A stretch of DNA of 52,139 nucleotides, counting the filler, from Ionaspis alba (lineage: Eukaryota), in the NCBI GenBank assembly GCA_964255285.1. It is 2 parts of 2 records of this genome, joined end to end, with 100 filler letters (N's around TTAATTAATTAA, not from the genome) between each part and the next. Parts side by side here need not be neighbours in the genome. Positions count along the whole stretch, not along the records: positions 1 to 26,025 come from CAXUUL010000150.1; 1 more part is not named here. One strand, 5' to 3'. The notes below the pieces were generated by a model, which saw nothing but the letters and a program-made list of their open reading frames with translations, was not told the DNA's origin and did not search any database. Position 1 is the first letter of the stretch; every line of letters begins with the position of its first letter. Below are positions 10,482 to 23,864 of this stretch, piece after piece. Position numbers and translations under genes: made by a program.

Positions 10482-12580
10482 ATGGGTAAGTGTGGGTTAG
10501 AGACTTCGCATCGATGTTGCTCTCTCAGGACCTCTGCATATCATAAGTCTTGCTGTCAAAGCTGTGGACGCTGATCTCGAACGCTTACAGCGCCTCCAAA
10601 ATCCAAAGGGCAGAAGATGGGTTTAGGGGAATTCCTGACAGATACCTGTATGCGACCACTACCTGAAAAGTCCCTCGATCCTGTACTCAAACTGATATAT
10701 TCTCAGCGCTGGGCTCATGGGCAGATGAGATGGAAGATGCGCCGATGCCTTGTAAGTGCTGCCTCACCTTCTAAAAAGCTGAAGCTTACATTTAATGTTT
10801 AGCCGGTACGATACCCATTGCTCTGCAATACCAAACTGCACGTTGTTGATCTGGACATTGTTATGCTGATGATCGCTAGGTGGTCGATCTGGGTTCGGTG
10901 GTGATCGCTCCTTCAGTTCCGGGGGTGGGTACGGAAGTGGTGGTTTCAACGGTAAGACAGCGTAACGACTTCGGATCAACGGAACGTTCACTGACCGCGT
11001 CACAGATCGAGGATACTCTGTACGTGAACAGCTGCCGTTGCCCACCAAGCCCCCGTATACAGTCCACCTTGGAAACATGTCTTTCGATGCCACAGAAGGT
11101 GATATCCAAGATTTCTTCGCAGCTTGTGAGGTAACAAGCGTTCGTATTGTGGAAGACAAGTTAGATAGAAAGCCCAAAGGGTTTGGGTATGCGGAATTTG
11201 CGACACTGGATGGACTCAAGAAAGCCCTCGAATTTAATGGTACACAATTTCAAGGTAGAAACATTAGGGTCAGCGTTGCTGAACCGCGTAAGTCTTTCCA
11301 CTGTCGCTGTACAGTTTGATGCTCATTCTGCTATTCTCACAGAGAAAGACCGCCCTGACGCACGCGACTTTGGCGATTGGTCACGCAAAGGTCCTCTTCA
11401 AGATGCTCCTAATCAACGACGGGTGTCCGACCGCAACTTCGGTGGAGATCGTGACCGAGGTTATGAGCGTGGCGGAGGTTTCGGCGGCCGAAATTTCGAC
11501 AACACGTCGGATGCCGGGAGTGAGCGACCAGGGCGAAGGCCAATGCACGAACAGGGTGATGGGAAGGTGCGCGACTTTGGCAACTGGGAGCGCAAAGGTC
11601 CTTTAACTCCAACCCTGGCGCCAAGCGCCCCTGTGAGGAATCCGGAAAGGCCTTCAAGCAATGAAGGGGCCAAGGATCGCCGAAACTCACCCGCTCCCGC
11701 CTGGGGTGAAGGTCGTTCACAGGATGGATCTCGACCACCACGAAGAGAGTTTGTGGAAAGGCCTGTGGTTGAGCGCGTACCGACTGCCGCAGAGGCAGAC
11801 AGTCAATGGAGATCAAAGATGCGCCCTGATCCGCCTACTGCACCACCATCAGCTTCACCGGTTCCATCGCACAAAGAACTCAGTGTCCCGTCCTCACCTG
11901 CTGCACCTTCTCTTGCTGCACCACACGTACCGCCTACCACGCGCCCGAAACTGAATTTGCAAAAACGCACTGTCTCCGAAGCAGAACCATCCCCGTCCCT
12001 GGCCTCCGCTTCGTCAACCACTGATCCAAAGGCAAGCCCATTTGGTGCTGCGCGACCGATTGATACCTTTGCGCGAGAGAAAGAAATTGAAGAGAAAAGA
12101 GAGCTCGCAGCGAAGCAGAAGAAAGAAAGAGAAGAGAAGGCTCGCGAAGAGAAGCGGATAGCAGATGAGAAAGCCAAAGAAGAGCGCAGACTGGCGAAAG
12201 AGAGCGAAAGAGCTGAGAAATCGAATGCTCCTAAGGACAAGTCGAATGGGTCAAACAAGGAAAAGGAGGCTGGGACTGACTCGAGCTCGAAGAGCTACCA
12301 GATACTGCGAAGAGGGACTGGTGAGGAGGGAGTTGATGTGGACGAAGAAGACGAGCATGACGGTCCCAACGGTATCATTGCTGAAGACAAAGCTGTTAAG
12401 CCACAGGAGATTGTGAGGGACATCCCGGGAAAGAAAGTCAATGGCATCGACTCGCAGCAGTCCGACTCACCTTCGAATCCTACTGCTGAAGCTCTGGAAG
12501 GCGACGGCTGGAGCACGGTTTCGAAGCCGCGGAACAACCGAAAAGGTGGTAACCAGGCAGCTCGGGCTATTGCATCATGA
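10482..12580 (+). CDS. TIF3: Translation initiation factor eIF4B (Tif3/Sce3-like, about 566 aa)
   Basis: GSWADEMED N-terminus, RRM (PPYTVHLGNMSF...KPKGFGYAEF), DW.RKGPL repeats, RPKLNLQKR, SPFGAARPID. Six introns: 10486-10590, 10648-10706, 10752-10802, 10806-10879, 10952-11005, 11288-11342. Confidence 0.9.
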
Positions 12581-13375
12581 ATCACAAGTACCATACCGCT
12601 ATGGCAAAATCTCTTTGGTGTTGCATCTCTTCTCTAATCCTTAGTCCACAACCCTCCTTTCCCCCTCCTTCGGTTCGATCAGCCAGACGTTGGCGTTTTG
12701 CATGTTTACGGGTGTCGCGTGGAAATATTTCGCAGCTTACTCAGGAGTCTGCTTTCAAAGTTTCCTTGAGTATGCGCTCAGAAGTCTTGAATATGGGCCC
12801 AGCAATACATTCATGCAGCACTAGCAGCAAAGCTGGAGGGCGGCTTGTTTTCATTCGACGTGCGCCTTGACGGTGAAAAAGTTCGATGCTCGAGCTCTGC
12901 ACTTCTACCGATGATGGTAATAGTGTTTGACATGTTTGGGCGAGGGATGCTATTGCCGCTCCGGTCTGATATCTAGAGATTGACAAGCGACTAAATGCTT
13001 TCGATTTAGTAGAGATGGAGGGAATGGCGGACACTTCATTGTGTGTATTCATAGATTGCAAAGGAAACTTTTCTGCTATTGTGTGGATGTAAAATAATAG
13101 ACGGATTTACTGAATGCTTCCTAGAAACCGTCGACTCAGGGAATACACATGCGATGAAGGCGTTGATGAGCTCTGAATGAATCGTAAAGATCGTTCGCGC
13201 ATATTTACAATATGAACCAAACCCTAACCCACTATAGCAGCAGAGCTCTTGACGAGTCATGCCGTGCTAGCCTCCGACGCCAAGCAATGCAATATCCTGA
13301 TCCTCCCCCCGGAATCCACCCGCAACCTTATGTATTACAAAATTAATAAAGGACACGAATTTAAGAACGAAGAAA

Positions 13376-16300
13376 CTAATTGAGCGTTCCAAGAATCTTC
13401 TTCCCAAGATGGAGTACAGTCGTCCGCCGTGACCTCTCATCCTGCTCCGCACCTCCACCACTATCTCTCACTGTCCCATTACTCTCTCGATGCCACATCT
13501 TCTGGCTCTCGCTGGTCACGCGCCTAGCCAGGGAGTTATTCTTCATGAAACGATGCAGATTCGGCTCGGCAACGTTCTTGTCTACTTCCTCGCCTTCGGA
13601 TACAGGTAAGGATGTAGGCTCCAAAACTGGCTCACCCTGAATAGCGGTGTCGATGAGTGGAGATGGCGCACCCGTTGGCACTGTCGAGGAATTACCTTTG
13701 TCGCCTGGTGAGATCATGCTTAGGCTAGAGGTTTCTGAGTCGGGGGGTCTGGATTGTGAACCCCAGCCAGCGATGAACGTTGGCTTGGCGGTGTCGGGCC
13801 GCTCGATGCTGCGAGACCTGCTGTGGAAGACAGAAGCTGTTCGCGAGAGAGAGTTGGCCAGACTCTCGGTACTCGGTAGTATAGACGACGAGTTTGCGAT
13901 CTCTCTAAGCCGGCTTTGCTGGTGTTTATTTGGTCGATGATGGTAGAGCTTGTTGCCGATAATGGCGCCTGTATGAGAGATCAAGGCTTTAATGATGTCC
14001 TTCTTCAATCGAAGCGCTAGATCTAAGTTAGACCACGTCTTGTTCCGGTACTCCAAAGCGGGCATTCGAAAGACGAAGTCGTGCACATCTTCGATGTTGC
14101 GCTCGCCACGTCCTTTGTAGCTCAGACAAAGCACCACGCTGGGAATCTTTACGTAAGAAAGAGTCATATAGTTCGAAGCCCGAGACATCATCTGCGTGAG
14201 ATCGTCAGATGCTTTATCTTTCTCAGCCGTACTATCTTTGCTCAAGCTCCGGTGAAGGCCGAACCTCTTCCTCTCGCCGCTGATATTCACACTCGAAGCG
14301 TTGGCAGATGGCGTCTCCTTTGAGGAACGAGCAAGAGAGCGTAGACTCTCCCCAGAACGCCTCCGGGTGGCCGTACGACTAGGAACTGGCCTGATGGACG
14401 GCGTCGGGGACCGAGTTGCGGACTTTGATCGATTCGGAGTCTGGAAAAGCCTGAAGCGGTGAGATTCTCCATTGAGGTTCGGTAATCCGGAGACCTTGGG
14501 CTTATTGTGGCCAAGATCGGTGCGGGTCTTCGATTCAGGGAGATTGAGGGTTGGCTTCAAGCGGAGCTCTAATGATCCTGTTCTTGTTGACGGTTCTCCG
14601 GACTCGGCGGTAGGAGAATGCGGAGTTGATGGCACACTGGGCTCCATGTCGGAATCTTCGTCTTCATCCTGCAAAGGAGGCATGTGCTTTACCAAGAATG
14701 GTGAAGCATTACCATTCTCTGCGTTGCCTGGAAAAATATATTCAAACACTTTCTTGCCGACTTCTCTTTCCAGCTGCACTTTGATTGGAAAAAGGTTGAC
14801 CTCGAATTGATCCAAGACTGGAATACCAGCGATGGCCTCGAGCATGTACCATTGCATTTTGAACATCTTGATGTCTCGTCCATGGCGATCCGTAGACGCT
14901 TTATCGTTTTCGAAGTATGGCGCAATCATTTCAGGGTATAATGCCTCGGGAAGTAAGTTCCATCCATGGATTCTCTCTATCTCCATTGTGTTGTGGTTCG
15001 AACCATCACTATTGTCTGTTCGGTCATACGCTGCATGCTTCAACTGAATTTCCATGAGAGGTTCGTTCTTCTCGCGCATTAAATGCCATACGATCTCAGA
15101 AGCTGAAAGATACCAGCGCAACAATCCGTTGCTTTGAGAATCTGAAGCACGATCATCGCTTTTCCGTTGAGAAGTGGTAATGGCTTTCATCATGAAGAAC
15201 AATTCGTCCTCACAACTTGTCAAGTCGCGCTCGATATACAAGCGATCCTGCCAACCCTGTCGGTCGAGATATTTGGCATGAATTTGAAAGTGACCTTTGA
15301 TCTCCTCCAATTGTCGAATTCTTTCTTGAAGACTAACAACCATTTCCGGCGTGCCCGTCAGATCGCTGAAGTCGGCTGCAAGCATAATCTTCTCAAGCCG
15401 CTCACTTCGAATCTTCTCGAGAGGCTCATTGTAGAGTAGTAAGTCCAAAACAATGAGATACATGGCGTAATACTGTGTAGAATCACATATTGCACGAATA
15501 TGGGGAAACTCGACCCAGAGATGATCAATGCGATTTTCCGGATCGTCAATAGCATGAGAATCTTTTGCCTCTCCTTTGGTCACGCCATCATTGTACTTAA
15601 GCCGAAGGGTATTGTACTTGTCATACCGCAGACTTGCCGACGTCTTTTGCACAACCCTGGACCATCCAAATGGGCTGAGGTGGAAGTCGAAATTAACTTC
15701 AATGGGCACCCAAGGTGGCCAAGATGATCCTTTCGGTGCACCGTATCTATTACCAGAATACAGATGCATGAATTGAAGAAGAGTTTTCTGATTCGTAACG
15801 AAGAACTGGACAGCGTCCATGTCCACAGAGAATCGCCGTTGGACCAAGCCACTGACATCGTCAGCTATCCGGCTCTTATCCATAATCTGAATCACTTTCA
15901 GCTCCAAGCCTTTCGCGGTGAGTAGAAGGATTGATTTTGGATTCTTCTCGCTTTGAAGTTGGAACTGTGGCGCAATCAGTCTAACGTGGTAGCTGTTCTG
16001 TGCGGTGAACTCCTCTGATATATCGGAGTCTATCTGTCCATGTTGCTTCCTCCGTCCTTCCTCTGCGGGCGTGGAATCATCCGCGTTGACGAAAACCTTG
16101 GCATCCCTCAGAAGCTCTTGGATCCGTTCCTCTAGGTTGGTATCGCTGCCTTCGTCTTTGAAGCTAAAAGACACTGACGGTGAAGGATGCCCTGCTGTCG
16201 GTGTGTGATGATAAGACTGCTCCTTTCTTTCTTTGCTTCGATTTTGCTCTTCCACGATATCGAGAATGAATTTGACCGCTCGTCGGGACATGTAATAAAT

Positions 16301-19300
16301 GAAACCTCGCCGTTGACTGACTTGGTGCACATAGCGCAGAATGATGTTCCGTAATGAGTTATTCCACTTCAGTTGGACATTGTGAACCGTGAATCGATTG
16401 TTGAAGTTGCTCGCGAAATCCTCGAGAATTACAGATTCAGTGTTTTCCTGGCTGAGCTCTTGGAGGGACTCTGTAGATGTACTTTGCGTCTTTGTGGGGC
16501 TGTCATTGGCCCCGTTGTCCTGGGAATTTCTAAGATCATGAACAGCCAAGCGCTGGGACAGACGATTATGCATCCTTTGCATGAACTTCTGTTTATTTGC
16601 AAGTAACTCTCCTTGCTCCTTCAATACTTCATGTTGCTCTCGGAGGCTGGAATCTCGGTTCCCATCCCGAACTACACGTAGCTCTGCTTCGCTCAGATTG
16701 CGCTGATGAGCTGTGATCTGCTCATTGATAACAGACAGACGTTCTTTGACCAGTTCACATTGCACTCTCTGAGGATCGTTGTCTTGGGACATGATGCAGT
16801 AATGCGTGGGTTCGTCTCCGAAAGCACTCGATCTCGCATGGTCTCCTGAAACATTCCCGTGATGATCGGTTTGTCTAAAATAGGTAAATCGAGGAGCAAA
16901 AGCCAAAGGCATAATCTTCGTCTCGGGATGTGTTTCTGCCGGCAATATCCAATCCAACTCGACAAAATCATCCATGTCAATCCATAGGAAGTCACCGTCG
17001 GGTATCGTGAATCGAGAAGTGTCGGGAGACGTAGATGCCTGCTCTTGGAGAAGAGCTAAATCCTCGTCTGTTGCTCGCTTGAGCTCTTCCGGAGAAGTTC
17101 CAGCGATGCTGGCTGAGACTGCACGAATGTCCGCCGAGATGAAATCGAGTTGCGCTTGGTTGATACGCATACCAGTGGTTTTTGTCTGCTTCGCTCGGCC
17201 TTTTCCTTGTGTGGAAAACTCTTCTCGCCGTTGGTGCAGATCCAGCTTAAAACTGTCGAGACGTAGTTTTAGGCCGGTAGCGCCGACAGTATCTTGGCTA
17301 TAATCCTCGGCGTCTTTATGCTTATAGATATGGGCGATGAAGAGGGGAGATAGAAGCAAGTTATACTTGATGGTGGCAAGATGACGTCCAAATTTCTTAC
17401 TGGATTTCTCCACTCCTGGGAAAAGCTTCCCCTGGCGGATGGGAAGAGACATCACACCTGAAAACAAGGACCACCAATCAAAGAAATGAGTAAAGAACCG
17501 TGGACTCAGGTGGATACTATTGTAGCTGGAGGATGATTTAGTGTTCGTCACAGACCAGTCACGATTCAAAGGCGCTACGACTGCAATTGAAAGATGGATA
17601 TACTGGCTTCGGAACCCGTGGAATGCATCGTAAGGCTATCAGGGTTTTAGTAATGGCCTTGGCCTTGACAAGATCTGAGTGACTCACTCGTCCATTTTCC
17701 GCCTTCGCAAAATGAGGAGTTTTGAATGCGACTTTGTAGTGCGGCGTAGAAGCGAATGAGCGGCCACCGTTATCAATGTCTCGTTCAAAAACTAGTCCAG
17801 CAAGCCAGCGTACATCGCCAGATAGTTTCATGACCACCTTTTTGAACATGGCGTTCTGCTTTTGGCTATCAGTACTGGATAGACTTTCGTTATCCTTCCC
17901 CATTCCTTGGATGGACTGTCGGGCTTGATGACTGTAGTCCGGTATGGCCAAAACATACTCACCACTGTTCACTGTCATGAACTTCTTGGGGTCGTCGTCC
18001 GGATGGATCTCCCAGCAAACGTTGTTGCGAAAGCACATGACAAATCCCGCACCATGGCCGGTCACCATGTAAGGGTTACGGGAGCCTAAGATAACATAGT
18101 TTAGCGGGAGATTATAATTTATCGGAGAGATTTACCTTTCAACTTCAAATGAACGTCACCATCCCCTTTCCAAGAGACATTGACTCGGGAATGAACTGTC
18201 AAACGTATCTTATCCCAGAATCCCACGCGATCCGAAGGATCTGCTTGGGGCTTGGTGAAACTTTCAATTATTTGCATCATATCCTGAATTGCTGGCTGGT
18301 AGGAGGTGCCCCAGGTGATACTGGTAGGATTGCTAGTGTTGATGGCAATCTTGACGTTCGAGTAAGTTTTGACGGGTGACACGGTCCGGCGCACATCGAT
18401 GCAAAATCCATTTTTGACCGCCGTGGGTGATGTAATTTTGTCCGCTGGAACGACTTGAACTCGGACATGCTTTGTCGACTGCTCATCGCGGTATTCTTCA
18501 GCAATCACAAAGTCTGTTTGAAGTGACCAACTTGGAAGTCGTGGTGATTGCCCAGCTTTGATGGCCGGTACGTGCAACATTGGTAGAGGATAATCACGCA
18601 GCGTGACACGAGCTTCCCCCATATTGATTTGTAGATTCATGGGTATCAAAAGCGAATACTCCATATCATTTGGCATACCTTTGCCAACGCTGTGTAGAAA
18701 TTTGGAATACTCCTGGAGAGGAAAGGAGGGCTTGTCGACCACAACGTGAAGATCACTTATCAAAGTCGCCATGAGGACGGGACGATCAGGCATTGCTATA
18801 ATGGTTTCAGAGTCTTCGATGTTGTCGGGAAGTTCATCGTCGCCTCCAAACATCCTCCTGATTTCCTTCATACTATTTTGTTGCTCTCGTAATACACTAT
18901 CGACTTTCCTCTTCCAGCTTCTAGCATTATATTCTTGAAGCCTATGCCAAGCATCGTCCCTAGAGACCTTGGAGGTACCTGTCAATTCACTGACAGCTTC
19001 TGGATCGTACCGCATGTGTCGTCCTTTTTGGCCAATCTGGGAAGCCGAACGGCCACGGGGACGTACATCATTGCTCTTGCTCCGTTCTCTCGCCACACTG
19101 AGCTCAGACCTTTTGCTCCTACCTCGACCATGGGGATGTGTCGAATGTGCTCGATATCGAGACGAGTCACGCCGTTGATTTTGTTCGTCCAACTTCTTCA
19201 ATTTTACGCGAAATACTTCATCACGAGCTAAGCGCTGCTTTTGCTCGTTCAACCCCACTCGGTAGAGCACTCCCAACTTCCAGTCGAACAGTCCGTCTTC

Positions 19301-22300
19301 TAGCTCAAAGAGCATAGCTTTGCATCGGACAGATATTCGGGGTACCTGCTTTGGCTGTTCAGGACGTTTCTTTAGGATGTATTCGTTCGTGCCTGTGCGA
19401 AAGCGGTGGTTGAGCTGCTCTGTTGTCTTGAGAACATTGGCAAGATTATCGAACACTCGATGAAGCACGACTTGGTGAGGTACGCCAAGTCTTATAAATT
19501 CTGTTCCAACATCGATGGATCTCTCGGTCACATAATGTTTGCCTATCTTCTTCCGACATTCACGAAGATCAACTCGTACTTGCTTGATGCTGAAAATCCT
19601 TGCCCAGGCACCTTTGATCTTCGGTGCTGCCACATAGAGACGAAATAGTCGCGATCTGAAGAAGGGTGTGGCCCAGCGATGACGGCCAGCTTCAAGGCCA
19701 TAGAGCTGAAGCATCATGGAGGGTTCTGCTGGCATCGCTGCCTTGATCTGTACGAGTGAGGTTTTCACATCGATTGTGATCAACTCAGTATCGCTTTTGG
19801 TACCTTGCGAGACAGATTCTGATTGATTTTGGCTGGGATGCGAAACGTGAGTTGATTTTGACCCATACTCTCCTTTAAGAAATGCTAGTTGGAAAACCGT
19901 ACTAGCAACTCCGATTGCATAGTAGCGATACAATGAATATTGCAAATACAAGGCTTTGATATGAGAATGAATGTGGCACACAGGACCTTGGAAGTCTGTT
20001 GACGTCGAGACTGCCACCTCGAACCTGGGCATCGAGACAAATGGCTCCAATTCCCAAGTATCGACACCTTCGACCACGAATCCTTCAAATCCTTGGACAT
20101 GTATTGCCAGCCGTCTGCCATCTGTACTTTCACTTACTGCCGGACTTTCGGTTGCCGAAGCTGAAAGGATGCGAGAAGCATCCTCGCTGCTAGTCGAGCT
20201 GCTGGTGCCACGATGGTTCTTTGGTCGCCTAATCGGTGACGTACTCCTCTTGATATTGTACTCCGCATTCCAGGCATCCAGTTGAAGAGCTATCCCGCGT
20301 GTATCGTTGGAGACACCGCCGTCAACGCCAGCCAATTCAATTCGGAAGTCCGAGCCATGCAGCTTGACGTGGTTTAGCCATGATGGAAGATCCCTCAGAA
20401 TAGATATCTGCTTAGACTGCGTCTCAGACTTTGGGATCTTTGCATCAGTTTCATGTCTCAGTTGATTAACGATATGATGCACACCCGAATTAATCTCTGG
20501 CCGGACCATATGAACCGATAGTGTTTGAAGATTTCCCGTGGCAATGACGGAAACCTGTGGCGTAGCAGCCACCTCAACCTTGAGTTCCAAAGCATCTATC
20601 AAAACCAAGTTATGGCGGTCGCCGATAGCCGTCTGGTAGTAGAGCTGGTGTGAAGATATACGCATGTTTGAGGTAAGTGCATAATGCAATTCACCGGCAG
20701 AGGAGTGCGAGGATTCTAGATCAAGAGATATGGAAGAGATAGACGATATAAGGATGTCATACTCATCGGTCACTTTGAGACGGGGGTCACTTGGTGGCAA
20801 AACTATCCGCGCCACCGGTTCCTGGACAGAGAATTTGATGCTTGCCTTTGGCAGAAGTCGGGAAATGAGACGATGCCGGTGGGTGCCCGAGACTAAAGCG
20901 TCCTCGGTTCTTTTGCGACTCTGGAAAAGTGTGAGAACAACCGGGAAATGCTTAGGATCAAGATCAATCGACGGAGATGTCACAACGAGGTTTGCAAAGA
21001 GCATGTTGGCGTTCCTCTCCGCCGCGTTCCTGTCTTCCGAGTCCGAAACGGTCTTTGAAGGAAGCGTTGTCTTGATCGTGGCTGTCGCCATAGGAATGTA
21101 CAGCAGGCGGTCTGGTTTTCCGCCTCCATCATCCACACTGACAGCGATGGAGATAGCAGCTAATAAGGCTTGGTGAGCAATATCCTTGGAAGAAAAGTAC
21201 ATCCTGTGAGCCGGACTTTTTGGATCTAGACGGAACAAATCAATTCCGAACTCGTTCATGGCAAAGTTCAAGTAGAAAGGTCGAGTGGAAGGCCGCACAG
21301 ATCGAATTTGCTTGGACATGCCGATGAAACTGACGGCAAGCTGAATTTCCTGTATGCCACGCAGTAGGGAGGATATGAACTCTTTGGAATCAGACACAGT
21401 CTGTACAATCTTTTCCTCCCGGCTCCCTGGCATGTCGTACTCTTCCATCATGTCTGCAATCGATATGTCATCCTGCGTGTGACTGCTAGACTGTCCACTG
21501 AACGCGATTCGGCAATGCTCGATCCGTCTCAGGCAAAGATCGATGTCATCATATGGAACGTGTATTCGACCAAGTTTGAGAGATATAGAAGCATCACGAA
21601 GCCCGGCCAGATCCTTGTACAGAAGGCCATGTACATTAAGGCTGCATATATCGATGATCTCCAAAGACTCTCTGCCCTCTGGTGTGAACAAAACGCCCTT
21701 GACAACAAACATCCATTCTGCAGGCCGTTGCGCTCCCGCGGACACCTTCTTGTGCCTAAATAAACGGCCTCTATCCACGGTCTTCTGCCTTGTGTCCACC
21801 GCCATCGTCAGAGTCCCCACATGGACAGCTCCGATGTCCTTGATCGCACAGACAGAGTTCAGGAGCTCGACGTCGACCATGCGAATGTAATTTATCCTCT
21901 CATGCAACTGTTTAATCTTGTTTTTCAGCTCCGTCAACCGCTTCCATGTCTGGCTTCGAGGAGCACCAGAGCTAGATCTCCGACTCAGAGAGGGTTTTGA
22001 TGGCTGTGAATCCTCGTCGAGGACGCAGTGTGGACCATCGGCATCTTTGTCGTTGCGCGGGCTTGTGCCATCTTTCCCCCCGACAAGGACCTTGAGGTCA
22101 ACTGTCACCTTCAACTCCGTTAACCGCAAGCTGATCCATGTTGGACGCGCAAAGGTCGGTCGGTGGAGATGGAGTCCAAGTCCTCGTAGATCGATTCGGA
22201 CGCCGTCCCATGGGGTGTATGCGATATGCCGCAATGAAAGATATCCTATTCGCTGAATCGAGATCCCTGTTGCGATGCGTACCAGGGCAAAAAGGACGAA

Positions 22301-22363
22301 CGATAGGAGGTAGAAGAGGACAATGACACCCAACACGAAGGAGGGACTGAGGATCCCCATCAT
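13376..22363 (-). CDS. FMP27: Bridge-like lipid transfer protein Fmp27/Hob1 (BLTP2/SABRE family, about 2960 aa)
   Basis: N-terminal TM anchor, GFWDK, WPPW and SW(K/R) motifs, Apt1-like C-terminus (MMSRASNY...NKTWSNLDL). Introns 18135-18086 and 17687-17636; exons total 8886 nt. Confidence 0.92.
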
Positions 22364-23569
22364 ATTCGAGCGCCCATGAAGACCCGCTTCGCGTCCCACC
22401 CCAAGATATGGGGACTATCACCGGAGAGGTGGATTGTAGTAAACATTTGACATCGGCGCTAATGATGTATCTCAATGGAAAGGTAAGCAGCAAAGCCCGC
22501 AGCACGGCAACAATGAGATAGAGGGCGCTGCCGCAGACAGTATTGTTGCTCTCCGCGTTCGTGATACAAGAGCGCGAAAAGATTGCAGAGGAAGGTTTAA
22601 CGTGTCGGAAGGATATTCCCAGTGGAGGATAAGGTATGGATGGGGTAATCGGAGCACCGAGCAGAGAGCAACACAAAGAACAAAACGTCCGCCTTGACAA
22701 TCAGGAATGCCAAGCTTGTGGCACGTGTGGCTTGACTGTGCATATCTTCTGCTGAATGTCCAAGCTTTGTCCGGCTTTCCCGGCCCGACTCTCCAGCCTG
22801 TGCTCCGTGTGTTCCGCGATTGAAATTGTAGCCTGGCTATGGAAGCACTACTTACCATGTCGACTTCTCACTCCGCCTCCATAAAACAACTTTCTATGAG
22901 TTCCATGACTTTCTAGAAAGCGAGCTGGAGTACTTCAGACAATCCACAACCCTAATTCTGCTATTGAAGGCCTCGAGGCTCACTGACAAATTGGCGGTTC
23001 CTGTGCTAATCGTTATACTTCTCAGCTTTCCAAGAAAAATTCATTCAACCTTCCTGCGCAGCGACGCGAAAATTGCAAGAGAGTCACTAAGAGATCTGTT
23101 CACTCGATTCTGCGCTAAAGGGCGGTCATATCGAATTCGGCTTCCGCGCCAACTGATGGCTGTTTCCGGTCAACAAAAGACATAAGACAGCTGACTGATC
23201 TAAGCCTGCTGCACAAGGAAGTATACGCCGTGGGATTATCGAGCCAGTCCGCTGGGATGTGCATTTTGACATTTGCTGCTAGTTTGCGATTGTAAGTGCT
23301 CTCATCCGTCAGGTTGTTTCAATATTGCAACGAGAGCAAAATAGCGCAACCTGAGCAGGTCACGCATTGTGTTATGCATCTTTGCGAGTTCGCTGTAATT
23401 CTACATTTCAAATGCGAGATGATTGACTTGGAACCTGAGTGATTTAATCGCTCTATTATATTATTCTTGGTGTCATAGATTTCGTGTATTTGCTTCTTAC
23501 ACACTTTTACAAAGTCCCCTCTCAAGTGTCCGGTGGTATCTCCCTATCGCCACAATAGGCACAATGAAT

Positions 23570-23737
23570 TAGAAGACAACTATATCATCCTTTGTTATTC
23601 TGAACCCTTGATTTGTTTCCTCGATATACATGACAATGGCAAGCTCCCCTCACTCACCCTAGAAGACAAGTATATTGTCCTCTGTCGATCTGGGTCTTTT
23701 GTTTTATTTCTTCGATATAAATGACACTGGCATGCTC
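23570..23737. repeat. Degenerate two-copy tandem duplication, period 90-91 bp
   Basis: tagaagacaa...tcgatata.atgaca.tggca.gctc starts at 23570 and again at 23660. The second copy has a 1-nt insertion. Confidence 0.85.
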
Positions 23738-23864
23738 TTGTTACGTGCCAACTCCCAGTTTACCCTCTCATTTCGTTTGCCTGATCAGATCCCGGTTTTG
23801 GTCCTCCTGGGGCAACAAACCTTTTGTACATCTGCAGGTCGGATTCGGAAGGCTTGCAACCACC

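Noticed and set aside
13215..13231. Telomere-like aaaccctaaccc
   Set aside because: Under two repeat units, in a convergent 3'UTR region; expected by chance.
22472..22858. ATG|GTAAGT and a 128-aa ORF upstream of FMP27
   Set aside because: No convincing acceptor joining it to FMP27 and no homology; cannot be supported without transcripts.
22947..22956. AACCCTAA as a telomerase RNA template in the 1.5-kb intergenic region
   Set aside because: Only 8 nt match; no recognisable pseudoknot or CR4/5 element.
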